The notes: generated from the letters alone by a model not told the origin. Positions 27,617-38,318 are shown, counted from the first letter of the stretch. The stretch is DNA of 63,436 bases from Bacilli bacterium (GCA_045601325.1 JAZRZI010000038.1:1-63436), one strand, 5' to 3'. Translations and numbers: made by a program.

Positions 27617-30082
27617 CTAGTATTCAACGAAAATATCGAAGATTGTGATTGTACGATCTGGATATAAAGTCTTATTATCATCCATGAAGTTATTTAACGA
27701 GATTGTGATTGTGTTTAAGTTCGTTAAATCAACATTTAAATACTTAACTTCGATAGAAACATTCTTTGAAGTTAAACTAGAAGCAAAGTGTGTACCAATT
27801 TGTTTATTAGCACCATTATTTTTAGAAGCTTTAATCTTAAATGTTAAATCGATATCTTCGTTTGTATTTGTATATTTGAAAAATATTCTCTTTGCGTTAG
27901 CTAATGATTCGCCCTTAATTGTGATAGAAGGGTTGAACATTTCGGTTTCAATCTCGGTATCTTTTCTAATACTCTTTAGTTTTGCATTAACATAGCCATC
28001 ATATATTTCAAAACTAGATTGTTCAGTAACTGATACATTGGTGCCACCAGCCAATAAGTTGGTGATATTTTCAAAACCATTGCTTTGGTGGTGGTATTTA
28101 TTTCCGGTTTCAGTAATTAATTCAATGTTCTTAGGTTGATCTGATAGAGCAATAGAATATTTATAACCATTAGAAACTGTTGTTGAAACAACAAATTCGC
28201 CATCAACTTTTAAAGTGGATGAGGTTGTGTAGATTTCGAGTTCATTGTCTTTAACAATCTTTAAAAGATTGTCATCGTTTTCAAAATTAAGAATTCTATT
28301 AGCTAATTCTTCTCTAGCTTCAAACACTAAATGATGATCTGTGTTTGTAATCGCATTATTAAATAAATTGTTGTATAAATCAGACACCACATTTGTGAAG
28401 TTAAAATCGTTAACACCATATTTGTCGCACAGTGATAAGTATTTTTCTTCTAATACTTCAAGCATTTCATAATCTTCTAAACCATCTCTGTATGTGAGTA
28501 AACGCATGCTAGGAAATGGGGTAGACGATTCGTAATATCTTCCTGGATACATAATAAATCCATCCCCAATCGCACCACCATTTTGTCCGTGATCATTTCT
28601 CCATGGGTTATCATATGGAGTTTCATAGAAGGAGTTGCAATCTTCTTCTCCATACATGTTGGCCATAAAGAACAAATAACCATTAACACCATAGGCCTTC
28701 TCCATCCAACCTAAAGAACGCATAGACAAACAATCGTCATCAATGTGGTTGCTTGGATAAGGATAGTTAGGAATACAACATGTATAATCCCATAAGTTAC
28801 CATAGGCATTACGGTTTGCCATATCCTTATATATTTCTTGATATTCCATATTCTTCAATAAGTTGACTTGAGGACAGAAAGTAGCAGGATAATTCTTAAC
28901 CCAATCGTTAACATACGTTGTGTTAGTAAAGATAGCAGGAATTTGAAGAATCGTGTTTTTAACTTTGGTATTCCAATCTTGGCTATGCTTATGGAAATAT
29001 CCTTCACTTTCAAGCATATTAATGGCTTTTTGAAGTGTTTTTTGATATTCACCACCTTTTTCAAAGAAGTGAGGTGTCGCTACTCTTTTGGATTCAATTA
29101 CATCAGCTTCGTCATATGTAGAAGGATAGAAAATTGCGCTTCCTAAATAGAAGTTTTCTTCAGTTGATGCTTTTGCGAGTTCAACGATATATGATGCCGC
29201 AACATCACCATCAGCGGTGTCTGCATAATATGATAGAGGGAAGTCAAAAGGAATTGTAATCGTGTTATAGTTTCTAATCTTCCATAAGTTTTTAACGTCT
29301 TTAACAAAGTCTTTAGGGTTATTCATAGGTCTTTCTTGAATAACGTAAGGGTTTGCTTTGTATTTTGATAAGAACTCACTATAGGTATCCATCATTTCCT
29401 TACTTGCATCATATTCACCCGTAAGCATATACAAGGAATAGATTAACCAACATGATTGGAATTTGCTCTTGTGATCAAGCTTAAAATCCCAAATAGTTAC
29501 TTCAATTGGGACATTAACAACATTATCACCGTATGTGAGGGTAAAGTTTCCTTTATAAACACCAGCATCTAATCCGTTAGAATCGACTTCAATAGAAAAA
29601 CCTTGGTTTGAGTTGGCTTCAATAACGTTTTCTTTAAATTCATAAGCTTTTTCAATTGGAAGAAGCATATCTGGAATAGATTCACCAGCATAAAAGAAGA
29701 ATACAGATTCACCTGCTCCATGAACGTTTGCGGGTATCTTTAAGTATTTTTGAACGTAAATTTGCATATTTTCTACAGGAATCGTTTTGCCGGTTGAAGA
29801 ATCTTTTAATTCGGCTTTTGTAAACTCATAGGAGCATCTTTTTCCTGAAGTTAAAATAACTTGAGTAGATTCATATTCATCCCTCATCATTTGAATCTTT
29901 GCGGTTGAACCGTTATCAATAAATTCTTCATTACGTCGAACTTCTTTGATTACTTTCATAGTTGGATAAGTAGTCCAAACTTTATCATCCACTATTGGTT
30001 TAGGTTCGGGGTTTGAACACGCCAATAAAGAGCTTGCCAACAGCGAAGTTAAAATAAAACGTGATATTTTATTAAATTTCAT
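27617..30082 (-). CDS. DUF4091 / GH123-like lipoprotein (putative surface glycoside hydrolase)
   Basis: Lipobox SLLASSLLAC-SNP. DUF4091-type pattern IEVTIWDFKLDHKS, and IGDGFIMYPGRYY...MRLLTYRDGLEDYEMLEVL. Confidence 0.65.
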   Translation of the reverse strand: MKFNKISRFILTSLLASSLLACSNPEPKPIVDDKVWTTYPTMKVIKEVRRNEEFIDNGSTAKIQMMRDEYESTQVILTSGKRCSYEFTKAELKDSSTGKTIPVENMQIYVQKYLKIPANVHGAGESVFFFYAGESIPDMLLPIEKAYEFKENVIEANSNQGFSIEVDSNGLDAGVYKGNFTLTYGDNVVNVPIEVTIWDFKLDHKSKFQSCWLIYSLYMLTGEYDASKEMMDTYSEFLSKYKANPYVIQERPMNNPKDFVKDVKNLWKIRNYNTITIPFDFPLSYYADTADGDVAASYIVELAKASTEENFYLGSAIFYPSTYDEADVIESKRVATPHFFEKGGEYQKTLQKAINMLESEGYFHKHSQDWNTKVKNTILQIPAIFTNTTYVNDWVKNYPATFCPQVNLLKNMEYQEIYKDMANRNAYGNLWDYTCCIPNYPYPSNHIDDDCLSMRSLGWMEKAYGVNGYLFFMANMYGEEDCNSFYETPYDNPWRNDHGQNGGAIGDGFIMYPGRYYESSTPFPSMRLLTYRDGLEDYEMLEVLEEKYLSLCDKYGVNDFNFTNVVSDLYNNLFNNAITNTDHHLVFEAREELANRILNFENDDNLLKIVKDNELEIYTTSSTLKVDGEFVVSTTVSNGYKYSIALSDQPKNIELITETGNKYHHQSNGFENITNLLAGGTNVSVTEQSSFEIYDGYVNAKLKSIRKDTEIETEMFNPSITIKGESLANAKRIFFKYTNTNEDIDLTFKIKASKNNGANKQIGTHFASSLTSKNVSIEVKYLNVDLTNLNTITISLNNFMDDNKTLYPDRTITIFDIFVEY

Positions 30083-30093
30083 GATGTTACCTT

Positions 30094-31692
30094 TTATAAG
30101 TTAGAGGAGATTGTGTCCCAGTTGTGTTTGATAAAATCGCTGTTTTCTTTTCTAACAGCTTCACCGCTTGAAACTTTTCCTTGAGCTAACCACGAAGCAC
30201 ATGTTCCGGTTAAACCAATGGAGTTAGAGAAGTTTGGTAAGACCCCAGCAACAGAGAACATTCTTGCCTTGACTGTGTTAATTAAATAAGGACAATATGC
30301 TCCAGCATCAAAAATCTTATTAGAGGCGATTCTAAATGAAGAGAGTGTTATGCCTTCATTACTATATTCACCTTGAGATAATGTAGCAGGTAAGTGATGA
30401 CCATTCATGGTTGTATAGAAGAGTTGTAATGCTTCATCAGAATACATCCATTTTAAGAAAGCTTTTGCCATTTCTTTTTTATGATTCCAAGTTGGAACAA
30501 CAAACAAGTGGTCATAGTCGGTTCTCATAACAGAACCATTGTTTCTAGCGTCTCTAACGATATCGACATCATCGGTTGTTACACCACTAGGCATATCAGT
30601 GTAATTACCATCTAAAGGATTGTTATCAACATAAGTAACTAAATTTCTTAGTGTTTCTTCGTTATCAAAAGACAATTTATTAATGATGCTTGAAACCAGT
30701 GGAATTTTAATCCAATCAATGTTGGATTTTCTTGCTGTTGGTGATTCAACTTCAAGCCATGTACCATTGACCATAAATGCAGAAGCACCAAATAAGAAAT
30801 AGTTTTGAACTTGTGTAAAGTCTCTGCTTGAGTCTGAGTGATGATATACATAAGAACCGTTTTGTTTCTTTAATAATTTTGCTAAAACGTTCGCGGATTC
30901 TGTTATACCTTGATATGCGTAGAAGTTATCAGATTGCTCGCCATTAGGATCTAAACCTTCATAGAAGTTTTCCATTCTATCCGAACCTTCATATTGCGCA
31001 AACCAAGCGCCCGTGATTGTTGTGTAGTATTCATTAGCTTCGGAATAGATTAATGGAGCGGTATTGTTAAATTTTGTCTTATCCGTTGCAATTTTAGAAT
31101 TCATATCATCCAATACTTCAAAGAACTCATCTGTTGTTCTTGGATAGTAATCGTTGGAATAACCAAATTTGTTCCAAACATCCAAGTTTCTGCAGAAAGA
31201 AACAAAACCGTTTGCCCATGGAACTGCATAGGTGTTATCGCCAACTGTTGCATAATCTTTAAATGTTTTATCAATCTTTTTTGACATTGTGTTTTTACCG
31301 CTTTCGCCTTCGTATTCACCATCATAAACATCGTTTAAGTTTTCAAAAACGCCTTGATATACATTTCCATCAGCGGCAGTTATTTGTCCACGATAAATGT
31401 ATTTATGGAAGCCAGAAGGACGAGTACCATAAATATCAGAAGTGCCAGCATAGGATTTAATTTGTGTATCAATAGAACCAATGCCGTTTTCTCCGATTTC
31501 TTCTATGATTTTGAATTTAACGCCTGTTTTTGAGGTGTATTCTTTGGTCAAAGCTTTTAGCCAGTCTAATCCATATCCGAGTTTTGTACAGGAAATGACC
31601 AAAGTGTCTTCGGAGACACTCCTGTTACAACCTGCTAGCGCAGTAAGAACCAAAGCCACGGAAACTAAAGGCAATAATCTTGTTTTTTTCAT
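30094..31692 (-). CDS. ABC transporter extracellular solute-binding lipoprotein (large family-1 type)
   Basis: 532 aa with lipobox VLTALAGC-NRS. Sits directly downstream of two sugar-type permease genes. Confidence 0.8.
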   Translation of the reverse strand: MKKTRLLPLVSVALVLTALAGCNRSVSEDTLVISCTKLGYGLDWLKALTKEYTSKTGVKFKIIEEIGENGIGSIDTQIKSYAGTSDIYGTRPSGFHKYIYRGQITAADGNVYQGVFENLNDVYDGEYEGESGKNTMSKKIDKTFKDYATVGDNTYAVPWANGFVSFCRNLDVWNKFGYSNDYYPRTTDEFFEVLDDMNSKIATDKTKFNNTAPLIYSEANEYYTTITGAWFAQYEGSDRMENFYEGLDPNGEQSDNFYAYQGITESANVLAKLLKKQNGSYVYHHSDSSRDFTQVQNYFLFGASAFMVNGTWLEVESPTARKSNIDWIKIPLVSSIINKLSFDNEETLRNLVTYVDNNPLDGNYTDMPSGVTTDDVDIVRDARNNGSVMRTDYDHLFVVPTWNHKKEMAKAFLKWMYSDEALQLFYTTMNGHHLPATLSQGEYSNEGITLSSFRIASNKIFDAGAYCPYLINTVKARMFSVAGVLPNFSNSIGLTGTCASWLAQGKVSSGEAVRKENSDFIKHNWDTISSNL

Positions 31693-31708
31693 GTTAAAAT
31701 CCTCCTAA

Positions 31709-32632
31709 TTATCCTTTTAAACCACCTAAGTGAACCTTTTCCATAATAGAGTTTTGGAATATTAAATATAAAATTAAAATTGGAACCAAAGAGATCATAA
31801 CGCCCGCTAAATATGCAGGACAATTAGCAATATATTTAGAAGAGCAATCCAGAGCATAAACCGCATACGCTAAGTTTGGATATTCAGACATATATAAAAT
31901 TGTGGATTCGTAGTCGTTCCACGACGTGATAAAGCTCATAACAAATAACGCAGAAGCAGATGGCACCACCATAGGTAACATAATTTGGAAGAACACTTTA
32001 TAGTGGTTTGCACCATCGACAAATGCCGCTTCAGCATAATCCCAAGATAAACTCTTATAAAATGAATACATATAGAAGAAATATCCACCATATAATCCAA
32101 TAGAGGTAATTAACGCAATCGGGTTGTTAATAAAATTGATTTTTTGATAGAACCTAAATGTTGCAGCAGCGCTGCCATAAAGCGGAAGAATTGCGACAAA
32201 AATACCCAAGTTATATAGAAACTTAGTAAATTTAGATTTATAGAACACCAAAACATAACAAACCATGGAACTAGTTAAGATAGACAAGAAAACATATGTA
32301 GTAGTTCTCCACAAAGAGTTCCAAGTGATGGTTAAGAAGGAATCTCTACCACCATTGATTGATGCTAGTGTGCTAAATGAATTGATAAACGAGCTGAGTG
32401 ATGCGTTTTTAGGCCAAGAAAATAAGTTCATATGGTTGAATTTTTCATAGTCAAACGCTGTACCATCTGGTCTAAGAGCGATTAAAAATGCAAAAACAAA
32501 GAAGAAAAGAATAAATGAAACGTAAAGAACAAATATACCAAATGCGATGCCAAATACGACCTTTTCGCCTTTTGATTTTTTACGTCCACCAGAGGACTTT
32601 CTAATGCGTGGTCTTTTATTTGTCTTTTCCAT
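31709..32632 (-). CDS. carbohydrate ABC transporter permease
   Basis: EAA loop YAEAAFVDGANHYKVFFQIMLPMV. The ORF track starts at TTG 32650; the ATG at 32630-32632 overlaps the upstream gene by 17 nt. Confidence 0.88.
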   Translation of the reverse strand: MEKTNKRPRIRKSSGGRKKSKGEKVVFGIAFGIFVLYVSFILFFFVFAFLIALRPDGTAFDYEKFNHMNLFSWPKNASLSSFINSFSTLASINGGRDSFLTITWNSLWRTTTYVFLSILTSSMVCYVLVFYKSKFTKFLYNLGIFVAILPLYGSAAATFRFYQKINFINNPIALITSIGLYGGYFFYMYSFYKSLSWDYAEAAFVDGANHYKVFFQIMLPMVVPSASALFVMSFITSWNDYESTILYMSEYPNLAYAVYALDCSSKYIANCPAYLAGVMISLVPILILYLIFQNSIMEKVHLGGLKG

Positions 32633-33566
32633 AAACAACTCTCTTAACAATTAATGCAAATGGGAATGAAACTGCAGTCATACATAAACCAATCGCACTT
32701 GCTAAATATAAATCTTGGGACGCACCTGTTCCGGATACTAATGCAAAAGTATAGAAAGATAGTGTCATTGTGCCTTTGTCGCCTTGAGTGAACGCAAGAA
32801 TAGGACCGCTTGCACCCAAAAAGCCAGCAGCTGATAAAATTAAGATAGTAGAAATAGTTGGCCAAATGGTAGGAAGCATAATATGGAAAAATTCTTGAAT
32901 CCAGTTAGCTCCGTCGATTTGTCCTGCTTCAAGCATTTGTGGGTCAATGGAGTTAAAAGCACCACCAATAACGATGATGTTGCCACCTAATCCAAATAAG
33001 AAGTTATAAGTTAAAATTGTAATGATTGCGTTAGGCGCTTTATCAAGCGGATAAGTGTATCCCATACTCCTAAATAAAACATCCAATGGACCACCATTAT
33101 CTAAAGAGATTTTAAATAAAACAACCAAAGCTGAGCTAGTAATAATACATGGAACGTACATAACCGCTCTGAAGAATTTATATCCACGTATTCTTCTAAC
33201 AAGGAAATAACACATCAATGTTGTTATAGGTAGAACCAATACGATATTCACAAAGTTAAATAATAAGGTGTTAATTAATGCCTCAGATAACACAGCCCCC
33301 GCTGATGAGAATCTATCCGCAATCATTTGAAAGTTTTGGAGCGTCCAATATTCACCTAATTGACCATTCGATAAAATGCCTTCTCTTTTAAAGGCCATAA
33401 AGAAAGAATTAATGTTTACGTAAACATAAAAGATAACAAATAAAACAACGGGAACAACCAAAAAAGAAAATACAAAAAGGTTCTTATCAAACGATTTCTT
33501 CTTTTTGCGATAAAGTTGGTTGATTGGAAGGACACTACCACCAGCGCGTTCTCTTGTTTCTGTCAT
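32616..33566 (-). CDS. carbohydrate ABC transporter permease
   Basis: EAA loop MLEAGQIDGANWIQEFFHIMLPTI and six predicted TM helices. Confidence 0.88.
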   Translation of the reverse strand: MTETRERAGGSVLPINQLYRKKKKSFDKNLFVFSFLVVPVVLFVIFYVYVNINSFFMAFKREGILSNGQLGEYWTLQNFQMIADRFSSAGAVLSEALINTLLFNFVNIVLVLPITTLMCYFLVRRIRGYKFFRAVMYVPCIITSSALVVLFKISLDNGGPLDVLFRSMGYTYPLDKAPNAIITILTYNFLFGLGGNIIVIGGAFNSIDPQMLEAGQIDGANWIQEFFHIMLPTIWPTISTILILSAAGFLGASGPILAFTQGDKGTMTLSFYTFALVSGTGASQDLYLASAIGLCMTAVSFPFALIVKRVVYGKDK

Positions 33567-33669
33567 TTTTTAACCTTATTAATATATTAATACGTTTTGT
33601 ATTTTTATCATAATTTTAAATTAATTATGTTAATAATTAACAAAATTGAATAATATATAAAATATATTA

Positions 33670-36600
33670 TTAAAAATTTATATCGCTTTCATTAATATTT
33701 ATATCGGTTAGGTTTTTGTCTTTAATTTTATTAAGTATGGATAATCTGGCCGCACCAAAAGAAGCGGATAAATCGTCGACATATTCCACCATACATAAAT
33801 AGCTTCTAATAGGTTCGTATTCATTATAAGAGGCAATGATTTTATCTATCATTTTTTGATCGTTATTAATAACGTTACCGGTTATTATAATCTTCTTAAT
33901 AGGTAGGATTCTTGAAATGTTTACAAAACCAATTCCTAGATAACCAGCTGCATTATCAAGGTCGCTACGATATTTATCTCTATTGGAATTAATTTCATCA
34001 AAATTTTCCACGTTTGCAAGTTTTGTAATACCTATTGTAGAGGCGCAATCCTCTAATGTTTTTTCTTTGTTTCCAAACGCAATAATCATATTGCCAAAAT
34101 CGATAGTTAAATTGTTATCTTTCTTATCGTTAATATATAAAGAAAATCCAATGCCGGACACCGCTCTGCAAAGCAAGAAACTATCAGGGTGATCTTTATA
34201 GTTATATAAGTATGTTTCCATCAAACAAGAAACGTCGTGTTCGATATAAGTATATATTCCAAACTTGTCTTCTAGTATTTTCTTTAAGTTGATGTTTTTC
34301 CATCCTTTGGCAAACTTAAATTCTTCATAGATGCCACCTTTTAATGTGATACCTTGGCAAGACACACCTATGGATACTATTTTGTATTTATCACCGATGA
34401 AATCAATACATTTTTGAATACATGTAAAAAGCAAATTCATTGCATAATCATAGGTATTTCCTTTGTATTCTTCAAAATAAGTTTTAATTATTTTAGAATC
34501 CATACCCACTACACTTGAGGAAAATCCGATAGAGTTAATATCCACACCAATCGCAACATAATTGTTTCCGTTTGGAATTAAATATGATGTGCTCCTTCCT
34601 ACTCCGTTAGTGACTTTTTCAGTTTCTAAAACAATGCCTTGATCTAACAAAATAGAAACCACACTAGAAACTGTGCCCCAAGAATAACCCGTAATTTTTT
34701 GAATTTCTCTCCTAGTAATTTTAGATTTCTCAATGATTAAGTCTGATATTTCATTAAAACTCTTTTGGTTTTCGGAATGTGAACTTAAATAAGTAACTCT
34801 TTCTTGCTTTGCGTTTGTTTTAACCATATAAACGGTCAAAGGAGGAATAATAATAGAGCTATCGCGGACACAAGAGTTACATTTAGAATCTAAATATATT
34901 TTTACAAATGAATCAAAATTAACTCTGTGGGGTTCCAAATCATAGTTTACAAGGAACGACGCAATCTCCTTTCCGTTTGTGAATGATGAAGTCAACACTG
35001 CATCAAAACGGAATTCATGATTATCTTCGTGTTTAATCGCTAACTTATCTACTTTGATAGAAAGGGGTTTATCTGCCTTTCCTTCACAAAGGAATTCTTT
35101 TTGATCCACCCTCCATCTATTTAGAGTCTTGATAAAAGATAGGGCCTTGTCTTTATCAACAACATCGCTTTTGCACCATGCGTCAGAAACTTCCCCGTCC
35201 CCATTAAGAACAATAGTAAACATATCTCCACAAATAAACGAATATGCAAGCCTATAGGTATACGAATATGGTTTATTTTCTAGCGTCATACAAATTTGAT
35301 TGCCTTGGAAGTTATTAACAAATTCATGATACAGATATGAATATATTGGGAATGGTTCGCCGATATAGTAATTCAATATGAATCTATTATCAGAGAATAG
35401 TAGATATGGAATAAAAGGTTCTCCTGCTGCTGATTCACAACCAAACAAAGATTTTGACTTATTTATACCCTCTAAAGTTGAAATTGTTTCTTCTACTTCC
35501 CAGCTTCCAGGAGCGGGACAATGTTTGTGTTTTGTTGAATAACACAAATACGCACAACCGCCATGGTTTTGATCGAGAATTTGGAAATAATCAATATTGG
35601 ATGAAAGCATTTTTTCGGTTTCGGCTTTGATTATATCTTTGGTCCTTTGTTCGCTAGGACACATATCTAATCCATACCTAATGTCAGAAACAATAGTAGA
35701 TTTAAGCTCTCCGTTTGTGTTTGCGCACATGATGTCGCTTAAATGTTTGTCATAATATTCCTTCTCGTTATTACAATTGCCTCTAAAGCTTTTAAGGGTA
35801 TAGCCAAAACCAGAAGCATATAAACCGATGAGCATGCCGTTATCATGGATAGCGGATACATATTCGTTAAATTCGTTAAGTCCTCCGAAAGGATTGAAAT
35901 AGTACGGAGGCGCCCAAGGCGCGGTGCCTTCATAATGCATCAACAAATTAAGTATTTTGGAATCTGTTTTCTCTTTAATTTCTTTTAAATGTTTTAAACC
36001 ATCCATATACGGATACATACCATTGGGTTTCATTTCCTTGTCAGAGTCATTTTTTCCTCTAATAGGATAAGTTACCACTACCGGAGATTCTTTATACCAT
36101 GAAGGTAGTGTTTTGTTCTCTTTGATAGAAACAAGGTTAGCGGGTTTGTTTTTATAAAACCAGTTTCTATAGATATCAAAAGCTTCATAACATGAGCCAC
36201 TATAAAGTTCAATGACACAGTCAAAATCCATCGTATAATCTTGACCAAAATCGGTGTTAGTAAAAGTTCGCATTTGTAGTTTTAAAGCATCATCAACTTT
36301 ATTAAAATCAATATGCTTTATGTTTCTGCGTTTATCATGCATTCCAAGATATAAACCGCATTTACCTCTATGATAGGAAATAAATTGACTTGATATCATG
36401 TTTGGAAAAACAAAGAATTTGCCCAAAGAAGGATAATCAACATCATAATATGTGAAAGGTGATTTTAATCTTCTTTCTAAATTTGTAACCTTCACACCTT
36501 CGTTATAAGGAATATAAATTTCTCCTATTCCGTTGTTTTCATCTTTTAATCTTGGACACAAACCAAATGATAATAATTCAACTTGCTCAATCAATAAGTC

Positions 36601-36897
36601 GGTTTTATTGGTAACACTAATGCGTGAGATTAATTTGTTCTTGGAAGCATCTAAAAATAAACACACAGATAGGTCATGGTTATCAAAATAATGGTTTTTT
36701 CCATTAGATTTAACATAATTAAACTTGCTAGCATCAACAAAATAGCTAGAAGCATCTCTTCTTCTTAATTTAATAGAGAAAAACGGAAGCGGTTTTTCGA
36801 TCAATTCAACCTTGTTATTAAAGCAAATGCTAGTAATAGCGGCTTTAGAGAATTCAAAAACTATATTTCCAAGTCCAAGTTTAAAAGTTTTGTTCAT
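33670..36897 (-). CDS. fusion protein: N-terminal ~695-aa glycoside-hydrolase-like domain + C-terminal ROK-family wHTH regulator
   Basis: One uninterrupted 1075-codon ORF. Aa 713-775 form a wHTH (ITRREIQKITGYSWGTVSSVVSILLDQGIVLE...GRSTSYL). Aa 778-1065 form a ROK fold (VAIGVDINSIGFSS, IVSIGVSCQG, SGIGFSLYIN, IIITGNV, SASFGAARL). The N-terminal part has the motifs FQILDQNHGG and GCESAAGEPF, and no signal peptide. Confidence 0.8.
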   Translation of the reverse strand: MNKTFKLGLGNIVFEFSKAAITSICFNNKVELIEKPLPFFSIKLRRRDASSYFVDASKFNYVKSNGKNHYFDNHDLSVCLFLDASKNKLISRISVTNKTDLLIEQVELLSFGLCPRLKDENNGIGEIYIPYNEGVKVTNLERRLKSPFTYYDVDYPSLGKFFVFPNMISSQFISYHRGKCGLYLGMHDKRRNIKHIDFNKVDDALKLQMRTFTNTDFGQDYTMDFDCVIELYSGSCYEAFDIYRNWFYKNKPANLVSIKENKTLPSWYKESPVVVTYPIRGKNDSDKEMKPNGMYPYMDGLKHLKEIKEKTDSKILNLLMHYEGTAPWAPPYYFNPFGGLNEFNEYVSAIHDNGMLIGLYASGFGYTLKSFRGNCNNEKEYYDKHLSDIMCANTNGELKSTIVSDIRYGLDMCPSEQRTKDIIKAETEKMLSSNIDYFQILDQNHGGCAYLCYSTKHKHCPAPGSWEVEETISTLEGINKSKSLFGCESAAGEPFIPYLLFSDNRFILNYYIGEPFPIYSYLYHEFVNNFQGNQICMTLENKPYSYTYRLAYSFICGDMFTIVLNGDGEVSDAWCKSDVVDKDKALSFIKTLNRWRVDQKEFLCEGKADKPLSIKVDKLAIKHEDNHEFRFDAVLTSSFTNGKEIASFLVNYDLEPHRVNFDSFVKIYLDSKCNSCVRDSSIIIPPLTVYMVKTNAKQERVTYLSSHSENQKSFNEISDLIIEKSKITRREIQKITGYSWGTVSSVVSILLDQGIVLETEKVTNGVGRSTSYLIPNGNNYVAIGVDINSIGFSSSVVGMDSKIIKTYFEEYKGNTYDYAMNLLFTCIQKCIDFIGDKYKIVSIGVSCQGITLKGGIYEEFKFAKGWKNINLKKILEDKFGIYTYIEHDVSCLMETYLYNYKDHPDSFLLCRAVSGIGFSLYINDKKDNNLTIDFGNMIIAFGNKEKTLEDCASTIGITKLANVENFDEINSNRDKYRSDLDNAAGYLGIGFVNISRILPIKKIIITGNVINNDQKMIDKIIASYNEYEPIRSYLCMVEYVDDLSASFGAARLSILNKIKDKNLTDININESDINF

Positions 36898-36977
36898 AAC
36901 AACATCTTGTGTTAAATAATTATATCATTTACTTATATAATCAATAACTTAAACTTTTGAATATGTAACAATTGTGA

Positions 36978-38315
36978 CTAATTTGTCACTTCAAGAAGCA
37001 CACATTCTCCTGCCTTTAATGTTAAAGATAATTTGTTTCCTTTAAATGGTTTGGTTGTGTTATCAAAGCTTAAAATATTGCCAATAATACCTCTAGAGAA
37101 GTTAACATTTAAGGTGGATGATTTTTCAAAATTATTATTTGTTAACAAATAAACTGTCTTTTTTCCATAAGAGAACGTGGATAATATTCCACCATTTTTA
37201 CATTTGAATGATTTAATATCACGATTGTTATTAGATTCGTTAGGGAATGGTGAAAACACTGTTAGTTTTGTGTTTCCATCGCTCATAAAACCAATCAATG
37301 TAGAGTTAATCAAAATATCATCAAAGTAACTAATTGCTTTATTTACGTTTTGAATAAATGGATATATTGTGCTTCTTTCACCGCGTTCATTAACGATAGA
37401 ACCAGGCATACCCAAATAATCATCACCATTTGGAGTCATAAAGCAGAAATATTGAAACCCTTTACAACCATATGCTAGAGAAGTGGACACCTGCCAGTAT
37501 ATTTCGCCTTCGGTTGGCAGTCGATATTGGCCTGTGCCAGCTTTATGAGAAGACGCTAACACAAAGTTCCAAAAAGGTACATTGAATCTACGGCTCACTC
37601 TACTTGCGTAAACAAGATTTAAGAAATAATCAGAACGCATGTTTGGAGTATCACCATACTCAGGATAAAAATCGTAAGAAAAATATGGTGAGTTAGTGAT
37701 GCTAACAAAATCTTCTAAATATTGTTGATAATCTCTGCCTGCTAAATAATACTCTGGAAGATAACAAGGATTTAAATTCACATAAAAAAGATAACTGCTG
37801 TCGTAATATGAATAGAAATTTTCCCTTAAGGTTTTGATGGTTTTATAATCAGCATATCTAGGTTCGTCCCACTCTAAAATGCCCGCAAAAGACTCATAAT
37901 CTTCATAATGAGCCTCTTTTAAATATGCGATAGTATCTTCTTTATTTAAATTATGTGCTCCTTGGTCAATTGGTAAAAACAACAAGTCATTTTGTTCTGC
38001 GTATTCAAAAGATTTATATATGCCTTTTCTTTTTCTAGAAAGTTCACTATCGTTTTCCCATATCCAGTCACCCATACCACCATAGATCATGTTTAGGCCG
38101 GCATCTTTAACGTTTTTAAATTGCTCTAATGTATTTAATCCTAATGAGGAATCTGGTCCACACCAAGCAGATATAGGCATTGTGTCAGAATCTAGTTTTG
38201 AGAAAGTATACTTCGCTACTGATGATTCTTCATATTCAAAAGAAGTGTAATCAACGTGATTATTACACGAAGTGAGTAATATAAATGGGATTAAAAATAA
38301 CAATCTTCTATTCAT
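36978..38315 (-). CDS. lipoprotein, putative (beta/alpha)8 glycoside hydrolase (paralogue of 20876..22054)
   Basis: Lipobox FILLTSC-NNH. Motifs shared with the 392-aa protein: EWDEP, SYDFYP, EGEIYWQVSTSLAYGCKGFQYFCF. Confidence 0.55.
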   Translation of the reverse strand: MNRRLLFLIPFILLTSCNNHVDYTSFEYEESSVAKYTFSKLDSDTMPISAWCGPDSSLGLNTLEQFKNVKDAGLNMIYGGMGDWIWENDSELSRKRKGIYKSFEYAEQNDLLFLPIDQGAHNLNKEDTIAYLKEAHYEDYESFAGILEWDEPRYADYKTIKTLRENFYSYYDSSYLFYVNLNPCYLPEYYLAGRDYQQYLEDFVSITNSPYFSYDFYPEYGDTPNMRSDYFLNLVYASRVSRRFNVPFWNFVLASSHKAGTGQYRLPTEGEIYWQVSTSLAYGCKGFQYFCFMTPNGDDYLGMPGSIVNERGERSTIYPFIQNVNKAISYFDDILINSTLIGFMSDGNTKLTVFSPFPNESNNNRDIKSFKCKNGGILSTFSYGKKTVYLLTNNNFEKSSTLNVNFSRGIIGNILSFDNTTKPFKGNKLSLTLKAGECVLLEVTN

Positions 38316-38318
38316 TAT

